From NCBI RefSeq assembly GCF_001194135.2, contig NC_068984.1, positions 65,133,013-65,196,259 on the forward strand: 63,247 bases of DNA, written 5' to 3'. This stretch comes from Octopus bimaculoides. Its lineage: Eukaryota. Every line of letters starts with the position of its first letter. Position 1 is the first letter of the stretch. This document shows, in pieces, positions 27,601 through 40,316 of this stretch. The notes beneath the pieces are model-generated. The model made no database searches, was not told the DNA's origin, and saw only the letters and a list, made by a program, of their open reading frames with translations. The translations under genes and the position numbers were made by a program.

Positions 27601-28255
27601 AGACACGAATATAGGAAATTTTAGATTAAAGGGAAAATAATGAATAATGATTAGCTTATGAATATTTTGGTCTGATACTAAAGTAGTTACATGTCAGGAT
27701 AAATTTGGCTTCAAGTTCCTGCTTTGCTTTTCTGCTTATTTATTGCCAAAGCATTTATAATAGAAGATTAGCTAGGTATTTGAGTCTTCCAGTGCAAGAT
27801 TCATAATTTATATTCATTTTTTAATCCTATACTCTGCTAGGAGCAAAGTACATCCCTTTAGCCACTGAACTAATTATACAGAAAACGAGAGAATTTCTTA
27901 TGGGTTAAACACCAAACTAACTGCAAAATAGCATGTAAACTAATTGATTTATATTACATCTATTATTCTTGATACAACTTACTACTCCCATCCCCTCATA
28001 CAGTTTGCGTCAACCTTTATCCCTCATCTCTCCATTCTGAAGTCAAGGACTGATAGATTCTTTCCTCTGAATCATTAATTCTTGGTCTTCTGTACTGTAA
28101 ATGCCAAAAGTACCCTTACTGATAGAAGGAACGAAGAGAAAGTATATGAATTACAATTAGATGCCATGTTAACTGAGCACCAGGAGATGACAACGAAAAT
28201 GACTTAACTACAGAGATATAAAGAAATAACATTTGAAATTATGTTCAAAACCCTT

Positions 28256-28375
<120 letters not shown>

Positions 28376-29357
28376 GCCACAAACCAAACAAGATCACTTC
28401 ACAGACAATATACTCATCATGTTGAGCAATTGAAACTAAATAAAATAAAAATAGATAAATATGATAGTATTCCTGTTATTCATGGATATATATACTTCAG
28501 AATCTTAACTTTTTGTTTTCACTTTTTTTACACAGAAATATGTTGATGTTTTCTATCCATTTTGTTATGAAAATGTCAGATTTAAAAAAAATGATTTTCG
28601 AATAAAATATATGATAATAAAGAAAATATTGACTTATTTTTCAACATGAGTAACAGTAAACCAGTAAATGACAAGAATTAATTTAGAAGGAAACCAAATA
28701 ATTCAAAATATTGGAGTAATAATAATGTTTCTTAAATTTTCCTTTATCATAATTATAAAATTCCTAAGTAATACAAGGGGCAAAAAGATACTGCAATTTA
28801 AAGAGAAACAATAAATTTCCAGATCCATGATTATTTTAATATAAAGTGACTTCTACACTAGTAATAATACCATACTACTGAATTACTGAAGAAAAAAGCA
28901 GATAAGACATTATATGCATAACAAACAATACTTTAAGAAATATAATTACTTCATAAGGGGGGGGGGTATACATGTAGAAATATGTATTGATATTTAATTT
29001 CAACTTCTTTAATGAAGAGGAAACCTAATGATAACACTTTTTACAAGAAAATATACAAAGAATTTTTCTAAAAACTAAGAAATTATATTGTCAATCAAAC
29101 AGAAATATATGATTTTGCTAAAACTTATAAAAGTGCGAATTTTATAGTATGCTTTGATTAGTACTAGCTGTGTTTGTGCACACATGTGTATGTGTGTATG
29201 CCTCCACACATATGCATATGTAAGAAAATGAGACAGGATTCACTTATGTAGAAAATTATTAGTACCTGCAGGCAAAAATATCTAAGATAACATGCTACAA
29301 TGGTGATACTAAACTGTCATTTGGGTCACAAAATGTGTGTGTGTGTATGTATGTATG

Positions 29358-29400
<43 letters not shown>

Positions 29401-29543
29401 TAGACAGCACGACCAGTCATCTTGTTACTTAACTCTCCCTGTATCTCTTTCTTACTTTCTCTTTCCCTCCTTGTATATGAAGTAAAGTGAGACTGAAGAA
29501 ACCAACTAGCATTTGTATCTGTTATTATTAAACAGAATATATT

Positions 29544-29727
29544 AAGGTGGCGAGCTGGCAGAATCATTAGCAAGCCAATCAAAAGGCTTAGCAGCATTTT
29601 CATCCATCATCACGTTCTGAGTCCAAATTCCACTTTCAGGGTTGATAAATTAAATACCAGTCAAACACTGGAGATTGACTATCTCCCTCCCCCTTAAATT
29701 CCAGGCCTTGTGTCTTCAGCAGAATGG
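29544..29727 (+). mobile_element. SINE family C with a 19-bp TSD (1 mismatch)
   Basis: aaggtggcgagctggcagaatc head; flanked by attattaaacagaatatat (29524-29542) and attattaaatagaatatat (29728-29746). Confidence 0.75.
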
Positions 29728-29738
29728 ATTATTAAATA

Positions 29739-29764
<26 letters not shown>

Positions 29765-29773
<9 letters not shown>

Positions 29774-31203
29774 TATAATTTAGAGAAAAAAACACAATTA
29801 TTGAATTCATCCATGAAAATCCACAATCACATATAGAAAAATTTAATAAGTAAATACACTAAAAAGACATATAATAAAAATCAAAAAAGTACAAAGTAAT
29901 AAATATTAAAATAGTAAAAATCACTACTATATATAAATATTAAAATAGTAAAAATGATTACTATATATAATGAGAACTATAATATTAATTATTTAGATGC
30001 TAATTTTAATTTAATAACAGGTAAAACCCAACCATTCCATAAAATTAATGAAAACATTATATATATTAATGCTAATAATAATCATCCACCCTCAGTTAAG
30101 AAATCATTAGCATATAATATAGGTAAGAGAATATCATTACTTTCTTCTAATTTTGATATTTTCCAAAAACATGCACCTTATTATAATGAAGCCCTTCATG
30201 AGGCAGGATATACTAATAATATTGAATTCTTTAATAATTCGAAATATAATTATAATATCAAAGATTATAATATTAATGATCCATTTATTTTTTATAATAA
30301 ACATAACTTTAAGAATTATGATAAGGTCTACTTAGGTAATAATGGTAAGAATAATAGGTATTATGATAATAAAAAACAAACATAATTATAATGGATAAAA
30401 TAATAAGATTAAATTTAATTCATTGAATGATAGTAAATTTAATAATATATATAAAAAATATGATAATATCAATAATATGAACAAAATTTGGCTTATTATT
30501 CCTTATGGCGTTCAAGTTAAAACTAACATTATTAAAGAGATTTTAAATATAATTGATATATTCCGTATAGAAAAAGATATATAATAATATTTTTCTAGTA
30601 ATAATTTGGGAGTATGTTATTCTACTACTAATAATGTTGGTAACATTATTTCTTCTTTTAATAGATCTAAGTTAAATAAGTTTTACAAATAAAAATTAAA
30701 TACTTATTCTAATAATGATAATAAGGACCAGGATATAACGAATTGTACATGTAGAGATAAGACCAAATGTAAATTTAATAATAAATGTGATTTGAAGGAT
30801 GTGGTGTATAAATGTATAGTGACATTAATGGATGGGAATAAATTTAATGGCTATAATTTAAATAAGATTTACATAGGATCGACTTCGAATAAACTTAAAT
30901 TGCATGTGGTTCAACACATGAATTCCTTTAAGAATAGAAATTTGATTAATTCTACTGGCCTTAATAAATATATTTGGGAACTAAAATCTAAAAATATTAA
31001 GTACATTTTAAATTGGGATACAGTTTGTAAGGCGAAATCTTATCATATAGGTAGTAATTTTTGTAAGTTGTGTACTAATGAATTTAAGGAGATATTATTA
31101 ATAATGATGATACTTTGATTAACTTCCTTGATGAATGTAAAATTAAATGTAGACATAAATTAAATTGTTTATAAAATATGTTTACCTAACTGTGTATATA
31201 TAT
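29765..31203 (+). mobile_element. Penelope-like retroelement (RT thumb plus C-terminal GIY-YIG endonuclease), degenerate, Hydra-clade-like
   Basis: ORF 29954-30385 contains INYLDANFNLITGKTQPFHK...YINANNNHPPSVKKS...YYNEALHEAGY (PLE RT thumb). CTCRDKTKCKFNNKC lies at 30744-30788. ORF 30792-31118 contains DVVYKC...IYIGST...STGLNKYIWELK...W...CKLC..E, and a frameshifted KCRH follows at 31145-31156. Both ends sit in (TA)n. Confidence 0.9.
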
Positions 31204-31945
31204 NNNNNNNNNNNNNNNNNNNNNNNNNNNNNNNNNNNNNNNNNNNNNNNNNNNNNNNNNNNNNNNNNNNNNNNNNNNNNNNNNNNNNNNNNNNNNNNNN
31301 NNNNNNNNNNNNNNNNNNNNNNNNNNNNNNNNNNNNNNNNNNNNNNNNNNNNNNNNNNNNNNNNNNNNNNNNNNNNNNNNNNNNNNNNNNNNNNNNNNNN
31401 NNNNNNNNNNNNNNNNNNNNNNNNNNNNNNNNNNNNNNNNNNNNNNNNNNNNNNNNNNNNNNNNNNNNNNNNNNNNNNNNNNNNNNNNNNNNNNNNNNNN
31501 NNNNNNNNNNNNNNNNNNNNNNNNNNNNNNNNNNNNNNNNNNNNNNNNNNNNNNNNNNNNNNNNNNNNNNNNNNNNNNNNNNNNNNNNNNNNNNNNNNNN
31601 NNNNNNNNNNNNNNNNNNNNNNNNNNNNNNNNNNNNNNNNNNNNNNNNNNNNNNNNNNNNNNNNNNNNNNNNNNNNNNNNNNNNNNNNNNNNNNNNNNNN
31701 NNNNNNNNNNNNNNNNNNNNNNNNNNNNNNNNNNNNNNNNNNNNNNNNNNNNNNNNNNNNNNNNNNNNNNNNNNNNNNNNNNNNNNNNNNNNNNNNNNNN
31801 NNNNNNNNNNNNNNNNNNNNNNNNNNNNNNNNNNNNNNNNNNNNNNNNNNNNNNNNNNNNNNNNNNNNNNNNNNNNNNNNNNNNNNNNNNNNNNNNNNNN
31901 NNNNNNNNNNNNNNNNNNNNNNNNNNNNNNNNNNNNNNNNNNNNN

Positions 31946-31989
<44 letters not shown>

Positions 31990-31995
<6 letters not shown>

Positions 31996-32709
31996 TTTAA
32001 CCCATTAGCTATATTCTTGAATAGGATTGATTTTCGATCGATTTATTTTGAATCGATTTGATTTTGATTTTATTTTCTGTATGGAAATATGGTTATGAAA
32101 CACGTGTAGTAATTTTTACTATTTTAATAATTATTATTTTGTACTCTTTCGATTTTTTTTAATGGTCTTTTTAGTGTATTTACTTTTTAGATTTTTCTAT
32201 GTGATTGTGGATTTTCATGGATGAATTCAATAATTTTGTTTTCTTTTCTCTAAATTATATATTTATATATTATATATTGTGAAATTTAATTTAATTTTAA
32301 TGAATTAAATTAAATTTTTCCCTGTAAATTTGGATTTTTATCCCTAATATTATTATCATATATATATATATATGTATATATATATGATTTTTCAAAGTAA
32401 ACTTTGTAATCGTTACCAATATAGCATAAGATTTCACCTCAAAGGATCATTGATTAGATTCCTTAAGGATCGTTCTCATTGTTTATATTTCCTAAGTTTT
32501 AAATTTATACATTTAAAAAAGAGAGATTCAACACCGGAGTTTTATCCATTTTTTCATTCAATGTAAACATTTCTGTGTTTGACTATATTCAACCATTAAT
32601 AAGTTAAATATATTAATCGTCTCACACGTCATCAGGAATGATTTTCAATAGAACAAAACACCAAAAGAAAACATAATGAATCCATCGAACAAATCAAATT
32701 TTTAAAAAT
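31990..32709 (-). mobile_element. 5' portion of a second copy of the same PLE family in inverted orientation
   Basis: 32105-32275 is the reverse complement of 29765-29930. On the minus strand a hammerhead-like motif precedes an ATG (MDKTPVLNLSFLNV*), with stops downstream. Confidence 0.65.
32554..32641 (-). ncRNA. Type I hammerhead-ribozyme-like motif with a long stem II
   Basis: Stem I UCAUUC/GAAUGA; core CUGAUGA; stem II (C)GUGU...ACAC(A) plus GAC/GUC; GAAA; stem III AUG-uuua-CAU; cleavage triplet AUU. Confidence 0.6.
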
Positions 32710-32821
32710 ATCCGAGAAAGTAAACAGACAGCGTGTTTAATGGAAAATGGTTAATTTTTAAAAATTTGATTTGTTCGATCGATTCATTATGTTTTCTTTT
32801 GGTTTTTTGTTCTAATGAAAA

Positions 32822-32908
32822 TCATTCCTGATGACGTGTGAGACGATTAATATATTTAACTTATTAATGGTTGAATATAGTCAAATAAGAAATGTTTACA
32901 TTGAATGA
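32822..32908 (+). ncRNA. Type I hammerhead-ribozyme-like motif, mirror copy with a disrupted stem II base
   Basis: Stem I 32822-32827/32903-32908; CTGATGA 32828-32834; GAAA 32889-32892; stem III 32892-32894/32899-32901; H17 = T32902. Confidence 0.5.
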
Positions 32909-33814
32909 AAAAATGGATAAAACTCCGGTGTTGAATCTCTCTTTTTTAAATGTATAAATTTGTGACTTTGGATATATATATAGTATTTCCTCTGTGTGCA
33001 GTTAGATGTACAACCTCTACTGGTGATTTTAGAGCTCCATGCACAGTATCATCATCCAATCTATTTCAAACAAAGTGTTGTGGTTTCTACTGTACTTATT
33101 AATATTGTGAATTATGGTATGTTTTGTGTGATGTAGTTGTTGTTTTTGTTTAAGACCATTACCAGTGCTGGTCTAATAAGCCTAAGATCAAAGTCATTTC
33201 ATCACATTTTATTGTATACACAAGACTACATTGTATAATATATCCTACACTTTTTAAAACAGTAGGGTTTGTCTACTGTAGGAGATAGATTTGGCAACTA
33301 TTTCTGGTTGGCTGAGTGAATGTACACCTGCTTGTTTGTTGCATGTTAAATTGTACTATGTTCATATATATATATAGTGTGGTATATTGTTATGTGCTGG
33401 TGTAGGATGGTAGCATGCAGTTGTGTGCTAGCTGATTGAGTAGAGTAGTATTTGATGCTATATAGTAAGATGTATCAGTATATAATTAATGTTATTCCAC
33501 CAAAGTTTCAGCTCTGACCATTCTGTCTGTTTTCTAGGCCAACATTGATCAATATGCCATTTGTTATTAAAGCAAGTGTGGTATGAGCTGAAAATAATTT
33601 AACTGCCATTTCTGGAAGGATTGAGTGACTGATACAAGCTTCCTTATTGGCTCATACCGAAATGAGTCTCTTGCATAGAGGTGAATCCAAGATTCATTCA
33701 GATATCAATACATTCCCAAGATGCAATACTGGATGTTGAAATCCCATTTTTATGTTTGATAAACAAGATTTTATCACTGTAAACTACTAAACTACTACTG
33801 AACGAGGAAAAAGC

Positions 33815-33815
<1 letters not shown>

Positions 33816-33853
<38 letters not shown>
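33816..33853. repeat. (AAT)n microsatellite
   Basis: Read directly from the sequence. Confidence 0.9.
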
Positions 33854-33856
<3 letters not shown>

Positions 33857-36800
33857 ATAATGTTTTGTTATCATTGAGTAAACAGAAAGCCAATTTCGTC
33901 ATCTCAATACAGTACTGTGAATTGAACTGATATTAGCATTTGAATTTAGTTTTTCCCTGGAGGATAAAAGCAGATTCAATGCTAGTACTATTTGAAATAA
34001 AAAAATAGTTCAGTTCAGCTTTCAGTTGACAGCTGTATGGCCATCATACTAAAATTATTATTTCATTTATATAACATTTATGAGAAGAAGGAATGCAGTT
34101 TATTAAATTAGCCCTCTAGCTATTACTGATGGTTTATGAAAGGCAATATAGATTGTAGTTAGATTTGAATTTGATTATCAGATAAAATGTATAACAACTA
34201 TTAATTACAATCACAAGACTAATTTAAGTGATATTGAAAAAAAAAATTAAAACAAAGCAGCAACATTACCTTCAGTTCACACCCAATGCCTAGAAATATG
34301 TACCGAGAATAATGTAATCCTGGTAAACTATGAATGAACAAGGCTGGAATGGCTTTGTTCTTAGATTTGTCCCATTTAGGTTGACCTGAGGCTAAATGAC
34401 AGCAATGCCAATATGAAAGCATGATGATGAAACATATGCCCATTTCTAGCTGTATTCATGACAAAAATTGTTCTCAATAATGCAAACCAATGAATAACAT
34501 ATCTCTTTCACATTGCTTAGAGGAGTGAAATGTATTATCTAATGCTTTCTTCTTACAGCCAGATGGACTAAAAAAAACCCCTCAAAACTAAATGTTTTAA
34601 GAATACAATACAAAATTAATGACAATGGTTAGTTCTGTATCAAGAAAACTTTAGTTGGTGCATGAGAATATGTATTTCTTCTTTATAAGAAAATTATAAA
34701 TACTAAGAATTTATTTAGTATGTTAAATATGAAAATTTAAAAAAACACTAATAGCTTTCAACAGGCATGACAAGAATAGCATAAGATTTAATATGAAGTG
34801 ATCATGGATCAATCAAATGTTCACTTTTATGGGATGAACATTTTAATTTTAATTAATTTCAATAATATGATATTATATTTTTACTTTTTAACTGCATTTC
34901 TTCTGTGTTCATGAATTGAATTTCTGTAATTTGGAAAGTAAAACAATGAAAAATCCCTAAAATCTTACTTTGCGGTTGGATAGTTAATGGCTAACAGAAG
35001 CATGTTGAAATCACAGATAGCTGATATGTTATCAAAGAAATTACGTAAGTTGTGGTTCTTATCAATGTATAGTCAATCATGCATACTATCTGATAATTTC
35101 GGGACTAATCTGAATTTCGAAATCACCGCCTTTTAAAATTTGACAATAATGTCTTTAATTTGTTATATTTCTCCTTTGTAATTTGTTAAATTTCCCCATA
35201 TTTTGCAATGATGTAAAATCTTTTTGCTTGAAAGGCTCAGCTAGAATATAGTTTTCTCATGAAGACATCTAAATTCTTAATACATTTGACATTAATCTGT
35301 TACAAATGTTTTTGTGATGTTTTTAAACTAAATAACAATATTAAATCAAAATATGTAAATATGAATGATAATGAAGATTAGCAAAACATAACAGAATTGA
35401 CTCCAAAAGAGTTCTGGTGAAAACAGTTTTATTGAGATAATTCTAAATGTTTTATTTTTTTCCTGTGTGCTGGATTGCCTTTTTCATTTATGAATATGCT
35501 ATTAATATCATGTATATTATTATGAAATGAATGTATATGCTTCAATTCTCCTCACCAAATTAAAAATCAATAAAAGAAAGATATTTGCAATTATTTAGAT
35601 AAATATGCTTTATAATTAGTTTGATAGAATTCTTATTTATCTTCTTTGAAAACTTTATTTCTCATTTTTATCAATAACTTCTCAAAGAAAAAATTGATAT
35701 GATCATTCAAAAACATGTAAATGTTTCAATGAAATGCACTGAAGAGTTATTGAAAATTAGTTATACTCCTAACAATTGCCATCCGTCTGTGTTTTTGGAA
35801 TAGCTAATAAATAATTCCCAACTCACTAAGAGTGGAAGAACATCAAAGAAACAGAAAAAGGATTTAAATATCTCATAAAATATCAATAACTAGGTACTTC
35901 AAAGTTGAAATATTTTCACTTTCATTGTGAAAACTAATAAAGCTATATTGTTTACAGTAGAAAATGTGCACCACAATGCAGTGTATCAGTATTATCTTGC
36001 TCTACATGTAACATATACAACTCCCAAGGCATTAGGTACCATTGTTTTAAACCTGTTTGCATGATTGCTAGACTGTTCACTCTGGCATCTCATAATAACT
36101 AAAGCTAAGAAGTTCATATTATCAAAAATTACCAACCAAAACATTTAAAAACAAAATGTATAATTGGTTTTCATATTTCACAGGAGTGAGCAAGTTATGT
36201 GGAAATTAACTATGATGTCAGCTCCTTTCATACTCTCATGTAGAAGTGCTATGGTTTATGCAAAAATTGAAATAGCTTGCATACAAAAGGAACTGCAACA
36301 GAATTACATTTACGCACACAATGTCTTGCAAACAACTCGCACACAAACACATAGCAAATAATTTCTTTTGGATATTCGTTACCATAATAGTTGGTAGAGT
36401 AATGCATTCAAATACTGACCACATAGACATTTTCACTTATTTGAATTGATTTTTTGTTTTGTTCTTTTTTTTTTTTTGGTTAATGTTCAAAACATTGGAG
36501 TTGGTGGTATCCAATAAATTGGTATTCAATTCAGTGTATTCTAGATAGTCATCCTTCTAATGTGATATAAATTACATTCTGAGCATTGATAAAACCCATC
36601 ACATTTCAAAAATACTTCCCTTTTTGTTAATTTTGACATGTTAATGAGAAGGGTAAAGCTGAAATCACAAATAAATCTTAGTAACATGCCATAACGCTTA
36701 AGTATGATGTTTGCATATTATATTTTTGTGCTTTTTAAGCAAACTGATGCCTTATTTTTCAAGATACACAAAATTTCAGGTATTCACTTTTTGTAATTTG

Positions 36801-39800
36801 AATATTGCATATTTTTACAAATAATCTGTAATTCAGGAGAAACTACTAACACCACAATCTTCTCTCATTATAGACACAAATCTTAGTAATGATATGACAA
36901 AGTATCGTATTTGAATAGGGAAACAGAAAGTTCAAGTTTGTTGCAATGTTCTTTGCCAAAAATTATATTATCAACTCTTGTAGAGAATGTAATTAATGAT
37001 GAATGATATTTTCACCGATGAAAAGAATTCAATCTAGACATAACCACAGTTATTCATACTTTGAAAATAATAAAACAACTAGACCAAAATATTCCACAAT
37101 ATGGTTTATGATACAGTATGATCATTTATGTAATATGATATGTTATGATACAAGAAGATTTGACATCATATAGCTTTTGATCTTTAAATGTGAAGAGTGA
37201 TACCGTTACTTACATTTGAATAGTGGTAAAGCTGAACTAATCTGATTTAAGGTTTCCATTAGAAAGCAAATAAATTACTTTATTAGACACTACAATGATG
37301 ACTATCCATCTTATGATGCATAGTCAATCTAATATTTCTTCTTGGCAAAGGATCATCTTATTTAACTGCTCTCTATTGTCACGAGATATGTTTGTGCATT
37401 GCATTAACCTGATTAAATGGAAAACTTGGTTTGAATAATAGAAATGTCAATGTTTTTTTTCTTCAATAAGAAGGAGCACATATTTTTCATTATTTCAGAT
37501 CGCATTCAGTCATCTCTATTTTGGAATGAATAATTAACAATTTCAGTTTTCTTTCTCATGTGCATTATCAGTTAAAATTTCATGCTCATTTTCATAATAC
37601 ATCAGGTTCAACATATTCAGGAAACAGCAATTCAAATATTTTTTGCTATATTTAGATATTTCTTTGAGAACAGAAGTTGAAATTACAATTCAATTATAAA
37701 ACTAAATCTGCAATTAGAATTTAAATTACAGTTTCATTACTTTTTATTTTTAATTCAAATTTTGTAACCATTTCAGTTATCCTAATTGTTTTAAATACAC
37801 TATTTTTTTTTTTTTTTTTTAATTTTGATTCAAATAGAAAGCCCAATTGAAAAAAAATAATTTGAAGTTTCTATCCTTGGAATGTGTCCTTTTCACTCTT
37901 TTATCAGTCAGCCACCTGCTGACAATGAATACTTTTCCACATACTACACATAATTTCCTTTTTGTCAATTGCTTTGGTTTGAAGAAGCCAGCACTAGTGA
38001 AAATTTTACTTGGATTAAGTCAGTTGGAAACAGTATAAATTGTTTTCATTTTATGAGAGTTATATTTTACTTTATATTTGACCTCATAGATATCAAACCA
38101 GTCTTACAATAAATTAGTTTTATACAGTAGCTGTTACGTGTATTATCATCTGTTTTTGTCTTGAAAGGGTTAAGGGACCATAATAAGTTAGGCTTAAAAA
38201 AAATTTCCTGCCATAAAAATGAAAATCAACAATGAAGCAGTCAGGAAATTTATAGGTATATTCTCTTTTCTGATTGGAAATGAATAAAAGATAATCAATA
38301 AATATCTTCACTACAATAAATGCTGAAACTATTTTGCCAATGAAATGTATTGAAAAAATCTTTCATCTTTAAAATTTCAAACATGCTACTTTTTAATATT
38401 CCTGACATGTGCCATAAAACAGAACAGCAATAGAAAATAATTAATGAGAATTTTTTACGATATTTATTGTTTTGCATAAATATAAAGAACTTTTTTAAAA
38501 CTATGCAAGTTTCTACTACAAATGCATATTTATTTTTATTCATAACTCTTAGTTCCAGAACTTGAAGAATTTTTTTTAACTTGTGAGCAGTTTAGACATT
38601 TTAAAATTCAAATTGCAGGTTTCTGGACAAAATGGTGCCAATAGTCTGATAACATTTTGACTTGTCATTTGACTTCTTTATATCTTCACTTCAGATTACA
38701 TTTTTGCAGTCAAAAATTCTAACAGAAAATTGATTTAAATTATTTTTCACTCACAATAATAACTTTCAAGAGTCTAATATTGTAAGTTATTAATAGATTC
38801 TCAATATTTAGAGTTGAAACAATCATTTCTTCTTCTTTTTTGTTATTTCAGTTACATGTCAAGGGCAGAATATCACATATTTAAGTGTCTTATTAGGTCT
38901 GCAATGATATTGGGCAAAGCACTGAACATTTGCAGCTTTAATTTATCTAACTGTAAAGGAAAATTAGTTTCAGAATATAATATTCAGAAGGACTCCCCAT
39001 TTGAAGACAATCAAATTATTATAACTGATTTTAGAGTTTCTTGAAATATAGGCTGCTTTTAAATGAATCTTGAAAGCTGATATAAGTTAAATTTGTGGGT
39101 TGAAATGCTGATTTGCTAACCTAGAATAAATAATCTTAGCAGTATTCTGCATTTCTAATTAAGGTGTATTAATACTCTACTTTTCCAGCAACCAACTGGC
39201 AATTTGCTAGAACAATGAATAAAGAAATCAACTGATACAACAACAAAATAAAGAAATCAATTGATACTTATATCTCAGCATGGGAAAAATAGTAATAAGA
39301 TAATCAAAAACATATCACATAACGACAAATATGACAAGGATTACTTAAGAGTAAAAGGGGTTATATTCAGCTCTAACAAATTACTGAAAATTAGAGTTGT
39401 TCTTCATTTGTGGTCGGTTTAGGATGGTGAAATAGATATTCTGTAAATATTCCAAGTACTATTTTAGTGAGAGACTAATGTTCAAAGTTTATTCAAAAAC
39501 AAAAAGACCAAAGAAAAGAATTACAATACCATATTGAGAGCTGTAAGCTGTTAATTCACAATTTTAAATAGATATTAGCAATGAACATAAACTTAAGGAC
39601 CATGTAACAAACAGAATTAAATTATAAAAAGAGAATACAAGCAATTCTAGATATATGATGTATTGTTCTTTTAAGTGTCTTTAAAAGCTTCATTTTAGCA
39701 AACTCAACTTAAGGCACCAGCAAGATTTTGGATGGTTAGGAACATACAACTATAAACACAATCAACCTTACACTAGGCAATAAGCAAATCTCTACATAAC

Positions 39801-40270
39801 CACTCAACTTACAAGAATAAGTAGCCCAAGCACCTCCAAATCAAACCGACCAAATTATGATGAAGGAGGGTAACAAATACGCTATGCTTGAAAAAGACAG
39901 GACAGTCTCGGTTAAAATGTCACCGACCATAGCTAATCTGGAACTAAACAGCATCTACATCCTCAAACAATTATAAGAATATTTTTATATACAAATTCAA
40001 CTCAACAATAACTGTACGTTTAAAGTGTAATTAAAGTCAATAATTAAAGCCTTTGGTAGAAATGTTTGACAACAATATCTACAGCTATACAATAATTGAA
40101 GAAAAGTTAGCTGTAGTTAGTGCCTTTGTTTTTATAAACTTTTTTCTTTACAATGATAAAATAATAAGAAAATATGAAGGAAAATAAACAGTAATGAATG
40201 ATAACCTCTAACTACATTATTATATGCTGATATATTTACAGGAAACACACTTTACAAACAGACATTCTGA

Positions 40271-40316
<46 letters not shown>

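Larger units (their letters stand above)
32501..32961. repeat. Long inverted repeat: arms 32501-32709 and 32754-32961, 44-nt spacer
   Basis: The arms (209 and 208 bp) are reverse complements with about 5-6 differences by eye. Confidence 0.95.

Noticed and set aside
30744-31156. Selenocysteine recoding in the PLE, as reported for some Naiad elements
   Set aside because: The conserved Cys codons I checked are TGT with no in-frame TGA, and the endonuclease is C-terminal, unlike Naiads.
32828-32876. Alternative minimal hammerhead fold using GAGAC as the GAAA core
   Set aside because: Requires an A14G core defect and only a 4-bp stem I; the long-stem-II fold keeps an intact core and a 6-bp stem I.
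34968-35110. Phase-2 GTAAG donor after an open frame ending LLLAINYPTAK, compatible with the CUB exon phase
   Set aside because: The peptide is not CUB-like, and there is an in-frame stop upstream without a good acceptor.
36236-36436. STNYYGNEYPKEIICYVF in an alternative minus frame, superficially like CUB SPNYP..Y
   Set aside because: Flanked by stops; downstream residues do not fit CUB; no splice sites.
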